In this document: piece after piece, positions 36,344 through 54,700 of the stretch
How the letters are laid out: each line of letters opens with the position of its first letter
Numbering within the stretch: the stretch's first letter is position 1
Source of the DNA: Anaeramoeba ignava BMAN
Taxonomy: Eukaryota > Protista > Anaeramoebae
Direction of reading: 5' to 3'
NCBI GenBank assembly: GCA_028826165.1
Contig: JAPDFW010000080.1
Span: 318,399 to 382,398 of the forward strand
Length of the DNA stretch: 64,000 nt
Program-made: the position numbers and the translations under genes
The notes under the pieces: generated by a model
What the model saw: only the letters and a program-made list of their open reading frames with translations
Told to the model about the DNA's origin: nothing
Database searches by the model: none

Positions 36344-39300
36344 ATGTCAACCACAAATAAATCACTTTCTTCTTGGATTTTGAAATTAAAAGGAAGTAGT
36401 ATTAATTTTATAAATAATGATAAAAAGCTTTCTTATCAATTATGCGAATTAATAAATGCAATTATTCCAAATAAAATACCAAAAATTTCAATGTAAATTA
36501 AAATTCATTTTAAAATTAATATCAATATTAAAATTAATATCAATATTAAAAATAAAATCTAAATTAAAATTAAAATTAATATCAATATTAAAATTAAAAT
36601 CTAAATTAATATTAAAATCTAAATTAAAATAAAATTCCAATTAAAATCTAAATTAAAATCAAAATCTAAATTAAAATTAAAATTAAAATTAAAATTAAAA
36701 TTCATTTATAAAATTAAAATTAAAATTAAAATCTAAATCTAAATTAATATTAAATTAAAATTAAAATCTAAATTAAAATCAAATCAAAATTAAAATTCAA
36801 ATTAAAATTCAAATTATAAATTAAAATTAAAATTAAAATTAAAATTAAAATTAAAATCAAAATTAATATTAAAATTAAAATTAAAATTAAAATTAAAATC
36901 TAAATTAAAATTAAAATTAAAATTAAAATCTAAATTAAAATCAAAATTCCAATCACCATCATAAATTAAAATTAAAATTAAAAATAAAATTCCAATTAAA
37001 ATCTAAATTAAAATTAAAATCTAAATCAAAATTAAAAATCTAAATTAAAATTAAAATCTAAATCAAAATTCAAATTATAAATTAAAATTCATTTTGAAAT
37101 TAAAATTAAAATTAAAATTAAAAATAAATAGGTTTGATTCAATATACAATTACAAGCAATTCCTCTTATTCTGCCAAGAATATGGTGTCTCCAAGGAATT
37201 CTTATGTACACCATTAGACATAATCAAAGACCCAAACAAAGATTATCTTTATCCAATTTTAATTGAACTCAAAAAAATACATGAAAAAAAACAAAACAAA
37301 AACATCAAAAAATATTTATTCGTTCAACACACAGAAGAAATTTATCAACAAAAAAACTGGAAAGCACCCCAAGAAATTCCACTAACACAACAAGAAACAA
37401 TTCAAAATTTAACATTAAGTAACAAAGCACTTGAAAAAACACGAAAAAAGGCAAAAGCGTATTTTATTGAAGGAAAAGTAGAATTTCCAGTCAAACTTGT
37501 TAACCTAGCAAACACAAAAAGTGATGAAATTGAAGATGATTTTGAAGTGAATTTGTATATGGATTCAGAAAGAATTAAAATATTGATTTTCAATGAAATT
37601 TACATTGAACATAAATCGCTTGAAAAAACAGAAATTAAATTATTATATGATAGTAAAGAATCAGATCTAATGATGTTGCAGATGAAGAATTTGCCACCGG
37701 TTTATATGAGATGCTCAAGTTCAACAGATCGACATATAATTGGACTTACCTTTTATTTATTCCAAACTTACTCACACCCACAACATTATCTGGAGATTTT
37801 TTCTCGCAACAAAGCAAAATTTCTCGGCGAAGAACTCGAGAAATCCATGGTTGTGGAAAAACTAGCAAAAAAAGGAAACGTTATTTTTGAGGAACTTCGG
37901 ATTCTCAACAATGATTCAAATCTTGAAAATTGTTCGCTTCAACTGGAGGCTGATCGAATGTATATAATTTTTGAAACGCTTTCGACACCGCCAATTCTGA
38001 TCACTTTTAGCGAGTTTTTCCGCGCAAAGTTTGACCAGAATAGCGACCATAACATTTCTTTTGAATATGGGGAATATGTTGCAGAAAAAATAATCTTCAT
38101 ATTTTGCAAGAATAAATTGATTCGCGATTTAATTTGCAGTTGTGTTAATGAATTCCATTCGAATTACAAAAGAATAGTTAAAGAAGACGAGAAGGTTTTT
38201 GAAGGACAAAGAAAGCGAATTGAGGAAAAAAATCCTGTTGTTCATCAGCCGATCAATTATCATGAATTCGAGTGCAAGGTTCATGTTAATAACCAAATTA
38301 TTGAAAAGGCACAAATTTTTGTGGAATATAATGGTCTCAAAATCGTCTGCAATAATTGTACTTATACAAGTTTATATAATAAATTTTCAGGGATTATGCA
38401 TCATGAACAAGCAAAGAATTTGCTGTGTATTTCTTTTGATTTGCTTCCAAATTCATCTCTTGTGATTGAATTTCCAACACAAAAAAAGGCAGAAGAATTT
38501 TCAATTTATTTCAGTATTTTCCAGAACTTAAATGATGTAAAAAAAACGCAATCAATAACACCTCAATCAACTAATAGCAAAGAGGAAACGTTCCAAGCAT
38601 TTTTCCACACGATGAACACGGAAGGAGTCGAGGAGGGTGCTATTACGATCAAGGAGCAAACAATGGTGCTCATTTTTTCAGGAATGCATTTTGCTCGTTT
38701 GATTGAAAACTCGAATATTTTTTGGCAGCCTTGCTCTTCTTATTGCACAGCAATTCTCGACAAAAAAAAGCAAGTCATATTCCACTTCAGCGGCCAAAAT
38801 GTGCGATGCAAGTTTATTGAGGATTATAATCGCCAGAGGACGCTGAACAATCTTTTCAAGGCGCAAGTTAACGCGTTCGAGAAAAAAACACTGGAAAACA
38901 AAAACAAACCCTTTTCTATATTTAAAGTTGATTATGGGAAGACCTTTTTCCAATTTACAGACAAAATCAAGATCAAAATTGATCATCAAGAAATCCAGTT
39001 TTTTGTAAAAGACCAGATTTTGCATGCATTTTTTAACGATCCTAATTTGGGATTTAGTACTTTGGAAACTCACCCAAAAATCTTGAAAATTAAATTCTCG
39101 GGCGATTCTGAAATTGTTATTCGGTTTGCAAATATAAATGATGCAGAAAAAGCAACGAAAATCATCAAGAAAAATCTGGTGAAAAACCGAATGGAAAAAG
39201 ACTCGAAAAATTTTTCGCGAACAGCAATTGAAGAGGAGATTCGGAATTTGGAAGAAATACGAAGAATCAAAGACCAGGAATATATGGTGAGAATGGCAGT

Positions 39301-41071
39301 AGGGCATCACCAATCAGAAGAACTAGAACAATCCATTCATAAGCCAGCATTTTATCCTTATTTAGTGACGACGAAGGATGATGTTGAGGGGAATATGCAG
39401 CGCTCGATAGATTTTGCGTGGCATGCGATTGCAAGATTTACTCGGCATTATTCAATGGATCGTTCAGGCGTCGATAAAGTAATCCTCAACTTTGCAAATG
39501 GGGAAGCAATGTTCAAAATTTTGCTGATGAAAAATGGAGTTGTTGACCAGGAAGCACACATGCATATCGATAAACACGGATTCTTGATCAAGTTCAGTCA
39601 TCAATCAGAGAATTTAATATATTATACTTTTGGAGAGAATAATCCAGCAAGAATTCGCAGGGGAAAGAAATTTGTTGACTTTGTTCTGAACGCGGCGGAT
39701 CAAGAAATAATGTTCGAAGTAGATTCGCTTGCGAACAATTATATTTTATGGAAAAGTTTTTTGATGATTCAGTACTACACACCCAAGAAAATCCGCGCGC
39801 TCGAATTACCCGCATATATTCTCGATGAAGAAGACGAAATTAACGCTCTTCTTCTTCGGTTCTTCTCAGAATCGCCGACTTTCGGTGTTGAAGTTTTCTT
39901 TTCTTCTTCCAAAATTTCTGCGAGTGTAAAAGTGGATTGGGTGCAAATCTCAATTTTTCTTCAAAACGGCCAGCAATTCTATTTTCCTTGGTCGGAGCAC
40001 ACAACCATGTTTTATCTTGATTCGTATTCCCGTCGAGTCATTAAACTTAGCGGCATTTCTCAAGATAGTTATATTGCTCTTTATCTCGTTCTTAATAATC
40101 ATGTTTCTGCTCGTGCTCTTTATCTTTGCTTCCTTATCTTCAGGTTCTTTTCTCTTGATGAACCTCTTAAAAAACCCGCTTTTATTAATGATACTCTTAT
40201 GAACCGTTTCCATTCTATTTTGAACTCAAAGAATTCTCTTCTTTCTTTCTTAAAAAACTTCAGTAATTTTGATGAATTTGCTGATTTTTTTTCGATTGAT
40301 TTAGAATTTGATCAAAAAGATTTGGATAATTTTTTACCAGTTCAAAAAAAAGAAAATCAAAATCAAAATGAAATTGAAATTGAAATTGAAAATAAAATTG
40401 AAAATGAAAATAAAATTGAAAATGAAAATAAAATTGAAAATCAAAATCAAATTGAAAATCAAAATCAAAATCAAAATCAAAATCAAAATCAAAATCAAAA
40501 TCAAAATCAAAATCAAAATCAAAATCAAAATCAAAATCAAATTGAAAATCAAATTGAAAATCAAAATCAAAATCAAAATCAAAATCGCAGTTTTTCTCAA
40601 ATTCCAAGAACTAAACGAGTTGTAAGACTTGAAAAAGATCTCCAAAAAAAAGACAGAAAAAAACAAAATATTCTTCATAGTTATACTAAGTCTTCTTTTG
40701 AACAAACTGATATTGATCAAATTAAACAGAAAAAACAAGAAGAACTTGAGTTAAGAGTTTTTCAAGAAATACAAAATATTTGGTCCAAAGTTCCTGTTAA
40801 TTTGAATGTTTTGATTCAATTAAATACTAAATTTATTCCTGCAATTCTTAAAATAAATAAGAAATTTCTACAAATTAGAAGTCAAAATTTGAAAAAAAAT
40901 TGGAAAAGTAAATGGAAAAGTTTATCAATTCAAAATTTGGATAAAAATTCTCTTTTTGTTGTTTTTCGATTTGCTAAAAATCAAGTTTTATCTTTATATT
41001 TTGATTCTTTATATGAACTTTTATTGTGTGTTTCTGCAGTTAATTATAAGCAAAATTTAAAAAGAAAATGA
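36344..41071 (+). CDS. Large protein with N-terminal calponin-homology domain followed by beta-rich (possibly PH-like) modules; exons 36344-36492, 37132-41071
   Basis: LSSWI...QLCELINAIIPNKIPKI|SMF..NYKQFLLFCQEYGVSKEFLCTPLDI fits the CH pattern; phase-2 intron filled with satellite. Confidence 0.6.
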
Positions 41072-41496
41072 AATGATTTTAAAATAAAAAATTTAATTTA
41101 AAATTGAATTAAAATTTTTTTATTTTTCTTTTTGAAACTTTTTTTATTTTTCTTTTTGAAACTTTTTTTATTTTTCTTTTTGAAAATTTTTTATTTTTCT
41201 TTTTGAAAATTTTTTATTAAATTGTTCCAAAAAAAAATCAAATCAAATCAAACCAAACCAAATCAAAAAAGAAAGAATAATGAAAAGAATAAAAAAAAAA
41301 TAAAATGGAAAAAGGAAAAAAATCTCAACAAGATCCATTTTGAAATCAAATAAAATGAAATCAAGTAAAATAAATTGAAATAAAATAAATTGAAGTAAAA
41401 TAAAGTAAAATAAATTGAAGTAAATTGAAGTAAATTGAAATAAATTGAAATAAATTGAAATAAATTGAAATAAAGCAAATTCAAAATTTGGAAAGA

Positions 41497-46598
<5,102 letters not shown>

Positions 46599-46925
46599 AT
46601 AAAGCCATTTGTTTTTGTTTTTGTTTTTGTTTTTGTTTTTGTTTTTGTTTTAATAAAAATTTAAAAATAATAAAAAAATGAAAAAAATTAATTAAAAAAA
46701 ATGATCAAAATAAAATAAAAAAAAATTTATTATTAAGTTTATTCAATTGTTGACTAATTTTTTAAAAAAATTATTTTTTTAATCTTTTTTTTTTTTAATT
46801 TTTTTTTAAAATAAAAAATAATAAAAAAATCTAATAAAGAAATTCTAAAAAATTTATCTATTCTTTTTAAAATCAAAAGAAGAAAAAAAAAATTCAATTC
46901 AAATCAAATCAATTCAATTCTTGTT

Positions 46926-49407
46926 TTAGAAATTTTCAAATTGTTTTTCAAATTGTTTTTCTGAAATTTTTCCTTTTTTTAATTTCTTTAAAGCATTTGT
47001 TTCTTTTTCTAATTCTTTCCATTCTTTTTCTCTTTCTTTCATTTTTTGAATAGCTTCTTCTTCTTGTTGTTTTTTTAAATTTTCTATTAATTTCTTTCTT
47101 TTTTTCTTATTAATTTTTTGTTTAATTTTTTTTTCAACAAAAGAGTTGTATTTTTTTTCAAATTTTGGAACATGTTTTGAATTGGAATTTGAAATTTCTT
47201 GTAGTTTTTTAAGTCTTGCTTGTTCTTTTTTAGGATTTTTATATTTAATATCATTAATATTAATATCTAAAGGTTTAAAATCATCAACAGATTTAAATTT
47301 AAATTCTTTCATAATTGGAAGCTATAAAAATTTAATAATAAATATTTAAATAAATTTAATAATAAAATTTAATAATAATTTTTCATTTTGATTACTTGAA
47401 TTAATAGAAATAAATTCGCTAAATTTCCAATATTTAAATTTTTGAATTGAAACACATATTTTAATTTATGTTCTTTATATCCTCTTATAAAAGAAACAAA
47501 TGCTATTTTTCCTTTATCAAATAAATCACGATCTTCAAGAACATTTTGTTTTCCAATTTTCATAATATCACCAGGTGATTGATCAAGAATTTCTTTGCAA
47601 GATAAATTTTCGAAATTTGGATATTCTTTAAATTTTCTATATTTATATTTATATTTTAAATATTTATATTTATTTAAATATTATTTTAATATTTATATTT
47701 ATATTTATAATTATTTATGTTTATATTTATATTTTAAATATTTATATTTATATTTTAATGTTTATATTTTAAATATTTATATTTATATTTATTTAAATAT
47801 TTATATTTATATTTATTTATATTTTAAATATTTATATTTATATTTTAAATATTTATATTTTAAATATTTATATTTTAATATTTATATTTTAAATATTTAT
47901 ATTTTTAAATATTTATATTTATATTTATATTTATATTTTAATATTTATATTTATATTTTAAATATTTATATTTATTTAAATATTTATATTTTAAATATTT
48001 ATATTTATATTTTAAATATTTATATTTATGTTTATATTTATATTTTAAATATTTATATTTATATATTTTAAATATTTATATTTATATATTTTAAATATTT
48101 ATATTAGTTTGATACTTTTCGGGATTGAAATCTTCTAACTTCATTTCTTTAATAGGAACATCACTCATTTCTAAAAAATCAATATAACTATCTTCTTGTT
48201 GACTAAGAAATAAAATAGCACTTCCAAAATTACCAATTCTAGCAGTCCTTCCAACTCGATGAATAAAAGAATTTGGATCTTGAGGAGGATCAAGTTGGAT
48301 AATCCAATCAACATTAGGAATATCAACACCACGACTGGATAAATCTGTTGTTAATAAAGCACCATTCTTACAATCCAGAAAACTTTGATAAGTTTGATTT
48401 CTTTTGTTTTGATTTAATCTTCCATGCAAATTATACAGAAAAAAATCATTTGATTTGGAAAGTGACTGAAAAAAAGGAAATGATTTTAAAATTGCGGCAA
48501 AAAAATCAACTTGAGCACAAGTTAGAAAAAATATAATGAATTTTTTGTTGATATTTTGAAGAAGAAAATGAACTAATTGATTGAGTTTTTGATGATAATC
48601 ACAAATATAATAAAAATTGGATAACGAAGTAGGAATTGATTGATTCTTAGAAATATTATCTGAATTCTCATTCTCTAAGTCTTGATTATTATCATTTTGA
48701 TTATCATTTTGATTATCATTTTGATTATGAACATTTTCCACTTTCACTTTAACATAAACAGGATTTCTCAACCCAGCTTTAATAAGATCATCCAAATCAT
48801 CAGTCATAGTCGCCGAAAACAAACCAGTTCGTCTTTGTTTAGGAAGATAGGAGAGGATGTTTGATATTGAGAGTTGGAAACCAAGATCTAAAAGACGATC
48901 AGCTTCATCTAAAATAAGAATATCTAACGAAGACAATAGAAATTTTTGTTTTTGCGGCGGATTTCTTAAATATTCAAGTAATCTTCCCGGAGTTGCAATG
49001 ATGATATTTGCTTCCATTGTTTCCTTCTCTTGATTTCTTTTCTTCTTGCTTTTTCCTCCAGTTATAAGAGACACAGAAAATTGAGTGAAAAAATTAGTGA
49101 AAATTTTGGTGATTTTAAAAACTTGTCTTGCTAATTCACGAGTGGGAACTATAACAATAGCACCAATTTCATTATTTTGAAACGGTTTTTGTCGACGGTT
49201 CAAAATTTCAAATAGAGGTATTAAATATGCTAATGTCTTTCCTGATCCAGTGCAAGCACCAACTGCTGTATCTTTGTTTTTGATTAAAAGTGGAATTGTT
49301 GCTCTTTGAACTGGTGTCATTTTAGTAAAGCCAAAATGTGCAAGAACTTGTTTAGTTTTTTGATTTAATTGAATTGGAAGAAGATCCCATTCACCAGCTG
49401 TTGCCAT
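46926..49407 (-). CDS. DDX55: DEAD-box RNA helicase DDX55/Spb4; two introns
   Basis: MTPVQ, ACTGSGKT, PTRELA, DEADRLLDLGF, RRTGLFSAT, DPPQDPNSFIHRVGRTAR, AFVSFIRGYKEH. Confidence 0.92.
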
Positions 49408-49786
49408 TATAAAAAACAAAAGAAAAAAATGAAAAAAATGAAAAAAATAAAAATTAAAAAAATGAAAAAAATAAAATTGTTTTTATTTTTGTTTTTGTTT
49501 TTTTTGTTTGGTTTTTAATGTTTGGCTTTGTAAAAAGAAAAATTAAAAAAAAAAATTTTTTAAAAATCAAAAAAAAGAAAAAAAAATAAACTTTGATAAA
49601 AAAAAAACCATTTCTGAATTTTGTTCCAAAAAAAACAGTTAAACAATCCGTGAAAATTAAACATTTCAGAACTGTTTTCTAGCCAAACTGAATCATTCTT
49701 GAATTAAAAATTATGAAAAAGAAAAAAAAAATGAGTAAAATTGAAATTGGTTTTTTTTTTGTTTGTTGTTTTTTTTTTAAATCAAA

Positions 49787-50602
49787 TTAATCGCTTGAAG
49801 TATCGCTTTTTGACTTTGATTCTTGTTCTGTTTCAGATTTTGACTTTGATTCTTGTTCTGTTTCAGATTTTGATTTTGATTCAGATTCAGATTTTGACTT
49901 TGATTCAGATTCACTTTCTGACTTTGATTCAGATTCACTTTCTGATTTGGCTTTCTTCTTTGATTTTGATTTTGATCTTTTTTTAGTTGATCTTGATCTT
50001 GGTTTTGATTTTGATCTTTTTTTAGTTGATCTTGATCTTCTAACCTTTTTTCTTTTTTTAAGTTTGATTCCTAAAACTTTCAAAACACTTTCAGTAGGAA
50101 TAATAAAATGTTGTTTAACTTGAAGTAAATCTTCATTTTCAACCATTCTTCTAAGTGCCAACTTTTTTTATTTTAAAATTATTTTTAAAAATTAAAATTA
50201 ATAAAAAACGTTAAAAAAAAAATTAATTAAAAAAAAAAATAAATAAAAAACGTTAAAAAAAAAATTTTTTAAAATAAAAAAAAAAAAGCAAAAATTTTTT
50301 AATAAAAAAAATAAAAAATTAAAATTAAAATTAATAAGTCTTACTCTAAGATATGACTTATGATTTTTTCCAACTTTATAGTTATCAGTAATATAAACAC
50401 CAATTGCTTGTCTTGAAGCTCCCTTTCTCCAAGTCCCAACTTTTTTAATTGCTTCCAAAATCATTTTTTTATAAGGAGGATTCTTTGGTGTACTTTTTGA
50501 TCTTTTTCTTGTTGATTTTTTATCGGTTTTTTTTTTCGAACTTGAACGATGTGAATGCTTTTTTGAATGCTTTTTTGAATCTTTTTTTGAACTTCTTGGC
50601 AT
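49787..50602 (-). CDS. Linker histone H1 with H15 winged-helix domain; exons 50602-50345, 50161-49787
   Basis: PPYKKMILEAI...RKGASRQAIGVYITDNYKV...YLR|LALRRMVENEDLLQVK flanked by K/R/S-rich tails. Confidence 0.8.
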
Positions 50603-51045
50603 TGTGTTTTTGTGTTAAAGATAAATTCAATAACAAAAAAAAAAAAAAATAAAAGTTGATAAAAAAAAAAGACAAAGAAATGAAAAATGAAAAAAAAAAT
50701 TTTGTAACGTTTTTTATTTATTCTTTTTGTTTTTAAAAAAAAAAATAAAATTTAATTTAATTTAAATAGAAAAAGAAAAGAAAAGGAAAGTTTTATTTTA
50801 ATTTAATTTAAATTTTTTTTTATTTTATTTTTTAACGTTTTTTAACGAATTTTTAATTAAAAAAAATAAATAAAATAAAAATAATTTTTTCAAATTATTA
50901 ATCATTTTTATTTAAAATTATTTTTTTTTTCAATTTAAAATAAAATCAATTTCTGTTTAATAAAATTATCTTTCTAATCAAATAAATCAATTTAAAAAAA
51001 ATTAATAAATTAAAAATCCATTATTAAAAATTATTAAAAATCATT

Positions 51046-51621
51046 TTAAAAAATTAAACATTTCTTTGATTGATTTTTTTTATCAGGATCAATAACAGCT
51101 TTTATAGCTTCATAAACAACTTCTTTCAAATTCTTTTGAGTCAAAGAAGAGCATTCCAAATATTCATAAGCATTAATTTCCTTTGCAAGTTTTTGTGCTG
51201 AATCAAAATCAATAGGAGATAAACCCTTTTGATCCAATTTTTGGATCGTTTGTTCATCTTCTTTTAAATCTAATTTAGTTCCAACAAGAATAAAAGGAAC
51301 ATTTTGAGAAAATTGAATAATTTCAGGAATCCATTTAGTTTTCACACTTTCGAATGAGGAAAGTGAAACCAGTGAAAAAAACACTAAGAAAACATCTGTT
51401 TGTGGATATGCTAATGGGCGGAGTTTATCATATTCTTCTTTTCCAGTTGTGTCCCAAAATCCTATTTGGATTTCTTGATCTTCATAATGAACTATATTTA
51501 CATTTGGTTCATAAACAGTTGGTATATATTCTCCTGGAAATGCATTTGTTTCATATGAAAATATAAATGATGTCTTTCCTACTTGTGAATCTCCAATTAC
51601 AACACATTTAATTGTTTTCAT
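51046..51621 (-). CDS. Rac/Rho-family GTPase, atypical, intronless, CaaX CLIF
   Basis: IKCVVIGDSQVGKT, AFPGEYIPTVYE, WDTTGKEEYDKLRPLAYPQTDVF, GTKLD, Rho insert, ECSS. Confidence 0.92.
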   Translation of the reverse strand: MKTIKCVVIGDSQVGKTSFIFSYETNAFPGEYIPTVYEPNVNIVHYEDQEIQIGFWDTTGKEEYDKLRPLAYPQTDVFLVFFSLVSLSSFESVKTKWIPEIIQFSQNVPFILVGTKLDLKEDEQTIQKLDQKGLSPIDFDSAQKLAKEINAYEYLECSSLTQKNLKEVVYEAIKAVIDPDKKNQSKKCLIF

Positions 51622-51719
51622 TTTGAATATTTTTATTTTTTTTTTAATTAGAAAAAAAATGATTTTTTCATTTTTTTCATTTTTTCATTTTTTTCATTTT
51701 TTTCTTTTCTAATTTAAAA

Positions 51720-54700
51720 ATGCAAACAAGGTCTCAAACAAAAAAAAGAAAAGCAGCACAAAAAAAAAGAAAAAAAAAAAAAGAAAAAAGAAAAAGAAAA
51801 AGAAATTGAAATTGAAAATGAAAATGATAGTGAAAATGATAGTGAAAATGAAAGTGAAAATGATATGGATATTGAACAAAAAAATGAAAAGGGTTTTCCA
51901 TTTACAATACCAAATAGACCACTAAGTTTAAAAGAAAGAGCTTTTTTTGGATATTTTTTATTCAAAGGTTTTTATTATGAAGAAAATAACAAAAAATTTA
52001 ATTGAAAAATTTATTTGAAGAATTTAAAATTAAAAAATTTAAAATTAAAAAATTTAAAATTAAAAAATTTAAAATTAAAAAATTTAAAATTAAAAAATTT
52101 ATTTGAAAAATTTATAATTAAAAAATTTATAATTGGAAAATTTAAAATTAAAAGCAAAAAGAGAGGAATATGAAGATGAATATGGAGATGATTATGAAGA
52201 TTCAGATTCAGATGAATATGAAGATGGTTATGAAGATAAAAACAAAATGCTAAATAAATCCAAAATTCTGGATCAAGGAGGAATTCTAAAAGCAATTCAA
52301 GATCGACTTGAAAAACAAAATTTAAATCAAGAAGATAAATTTGTTGAAGAAACTATTAAATCAATGATGAAATATCCAAATGATGAACAAATTCAACAAA
52401 ATGCTTGTTTTGATCTTGAAAAATTTTTAAGAAATAATCGAAGTATTTTTGTCTTCTTTTTTCTTTCAAAAATTTCAGTTCAATTTTCATTTAATTTTTT
52501 TAAAAAAAAAATCTAAAAAGCTAATCAAATAGAAATTTACGAATTAAACGGATTGGAATTAATGGTAAAAGCAATGGTGAATTTTCCAAAAAATGAGGTT
52601 ATTCAAAATGAAGTTTGTGCAACTTTATGGGGTTATGCAGGATTTAACCAAGGTTAATAAAATATTCAAATAAATATTTAAAATATTAAAAATATTCAAA
52701 ATATTCATAATATTCAAATTATTCAAAATATTCAAAATATTTAAATTATTCAAAATATTTAAATTATTCAAAATATTCAAAATATTCAAAATATTCAAAA
52801 TATTCAAAATATTAAAATTATTATTAATATTTAAATTATTCAAAATATTCATAATATTCAAAATATTCAAAATATTATTAATATTTAAATTATTCAAAAT
52901 ATTATTAATATTCAAAATATTCAAATTATTCAAAATATTCAAAATATTATTCAAAATATTATTCAAAATATTGTTCAAAATATTATTCTAAATTATTCAA
53001 AATATTATTCAAATTATTCAAAATATTCAAAATATTCAAATTATTCAAATTATTATTAATATTTTGATTTTGATTTTGATTTTGATTTTGGATTGGAAAA
53101 AAAAACAAAGAAATGAAAACAAAGATTTTCAAATTTGGAGGAATTGAATTAATTTTTAAAGCAATGAAAAATTATCCAACTAATAGTAAAATTCAAAAAA
53201 ATGTATTAGGAGCTTTAGTAAATCTTGCTGAAGATAAAAGTAAAATAAATTTAAAAAATTCATAAATTAAAAAATATTAAATTTCAAAATAAAAAAGATA
53301 GCAACCTTCGTATAAAAAAATTATCAGGAATTGAATTAACTATTAAAACAATGAATAATTTCCCAAATAACCGACAAATACAAGAACTTGGAGTTTCACT
53401 TTTATCTTTTCTTGTAAATGAATTAGGTAAAAATTTCTCAAAAAGAAAAATTTTCGATTTTTAAAAAATTGATTTTTTTTCAAATCCACAAAAATAAAAA
53501 AAAAGAGAGTCAAAATAAAATAAGAGAATTAAAAGGAGTTGAAGTGGTTCTTAAAGCAATGAATAATTATCCAAATTACGAAATACTTCATGAACATGCT
53601 CTTCCACTTTTAGTTAATACAATAATTATTGAAAGTAAATCAAAATGAATCAATCAAATTTCTTTCTAAAAAAATACCACTTTTTTCATAAATTAATTTT
53701 TTTTCATCAAATTTTATATAAAAGAAAATAAAATTGCAGTAGCAAAATTAGGTTCAATTGAGACAGTTGTCCAAACAATGAATAGATACCCCAAAAATGC
53801 TGTTATTCAATGGAAAGCATCTTGGTTTTTAGGAAGTCTTTCAATTTCTGATAGTAAAAAATCAAAAATTAAATCAAAATTAAATCAAAATCAAAAATCA
53901 AAATCAAAATCAAAATTAAAATCAAAATCAAAATCAAAATCAAAATCAAAATCAAAAATTAAAATAAAAATAAAAATAAAAATAAAAATCAAAAATCAAA
54001 ATCAAAATAAAAATAAAAATCAAAAATCAAAATCAAAATCAAAATTAAAATCAAAATCAAAATCAAAATCAAAATCAAAATCAAAATCAAAATCAAAATC
54101 AAAATTAAAATCAAAATCAAAATCAAAATTAAAATCAAAATCAAAATCAAAATCAAAATCAAAATCAAAATCAAAATCAAAATCAAAATCAAAATTAAAA
54201 TTAAAATCAAAATCAAAATTAAAATCAAAATTAAAAATAAAATAAAAATCAAAAATCAAAATCAAAATCAAAATCAAAATCAAAAATCAAAATCAAAATC
54301 AAAATTAAAATCAAAATCAAAATCAAAATAAAAATCAAAATTAAAATCAAAATCAAAATTAAAATCAAATTCAAATTCAAAATCTAAATAAAAATAAAAA
54401 TAAAAATCAAAATCAAAATCAAAATCAAAAATAAAAATAAAAATTAAAAGAAAGTAAAGAAGCAAAATCAAAATCAAAATCAAAATCAAAATCAAAATCA
54501 AAATCAAAAATAAATCATAAATCTTATTGAATTTTTATTGAATTTTTATTGAATTTTTCAATCAGTCGGAATAACAGATGATATACGCAATTCAAATGGA
54601 ATCAAAGCAATCATTGATGCAATGATGAATTTCCCAAAAGACGAAAATATTCAAGAAATTGGATCACGAGCTTTAGTGACAATGTGCTTAGTAATTACTG

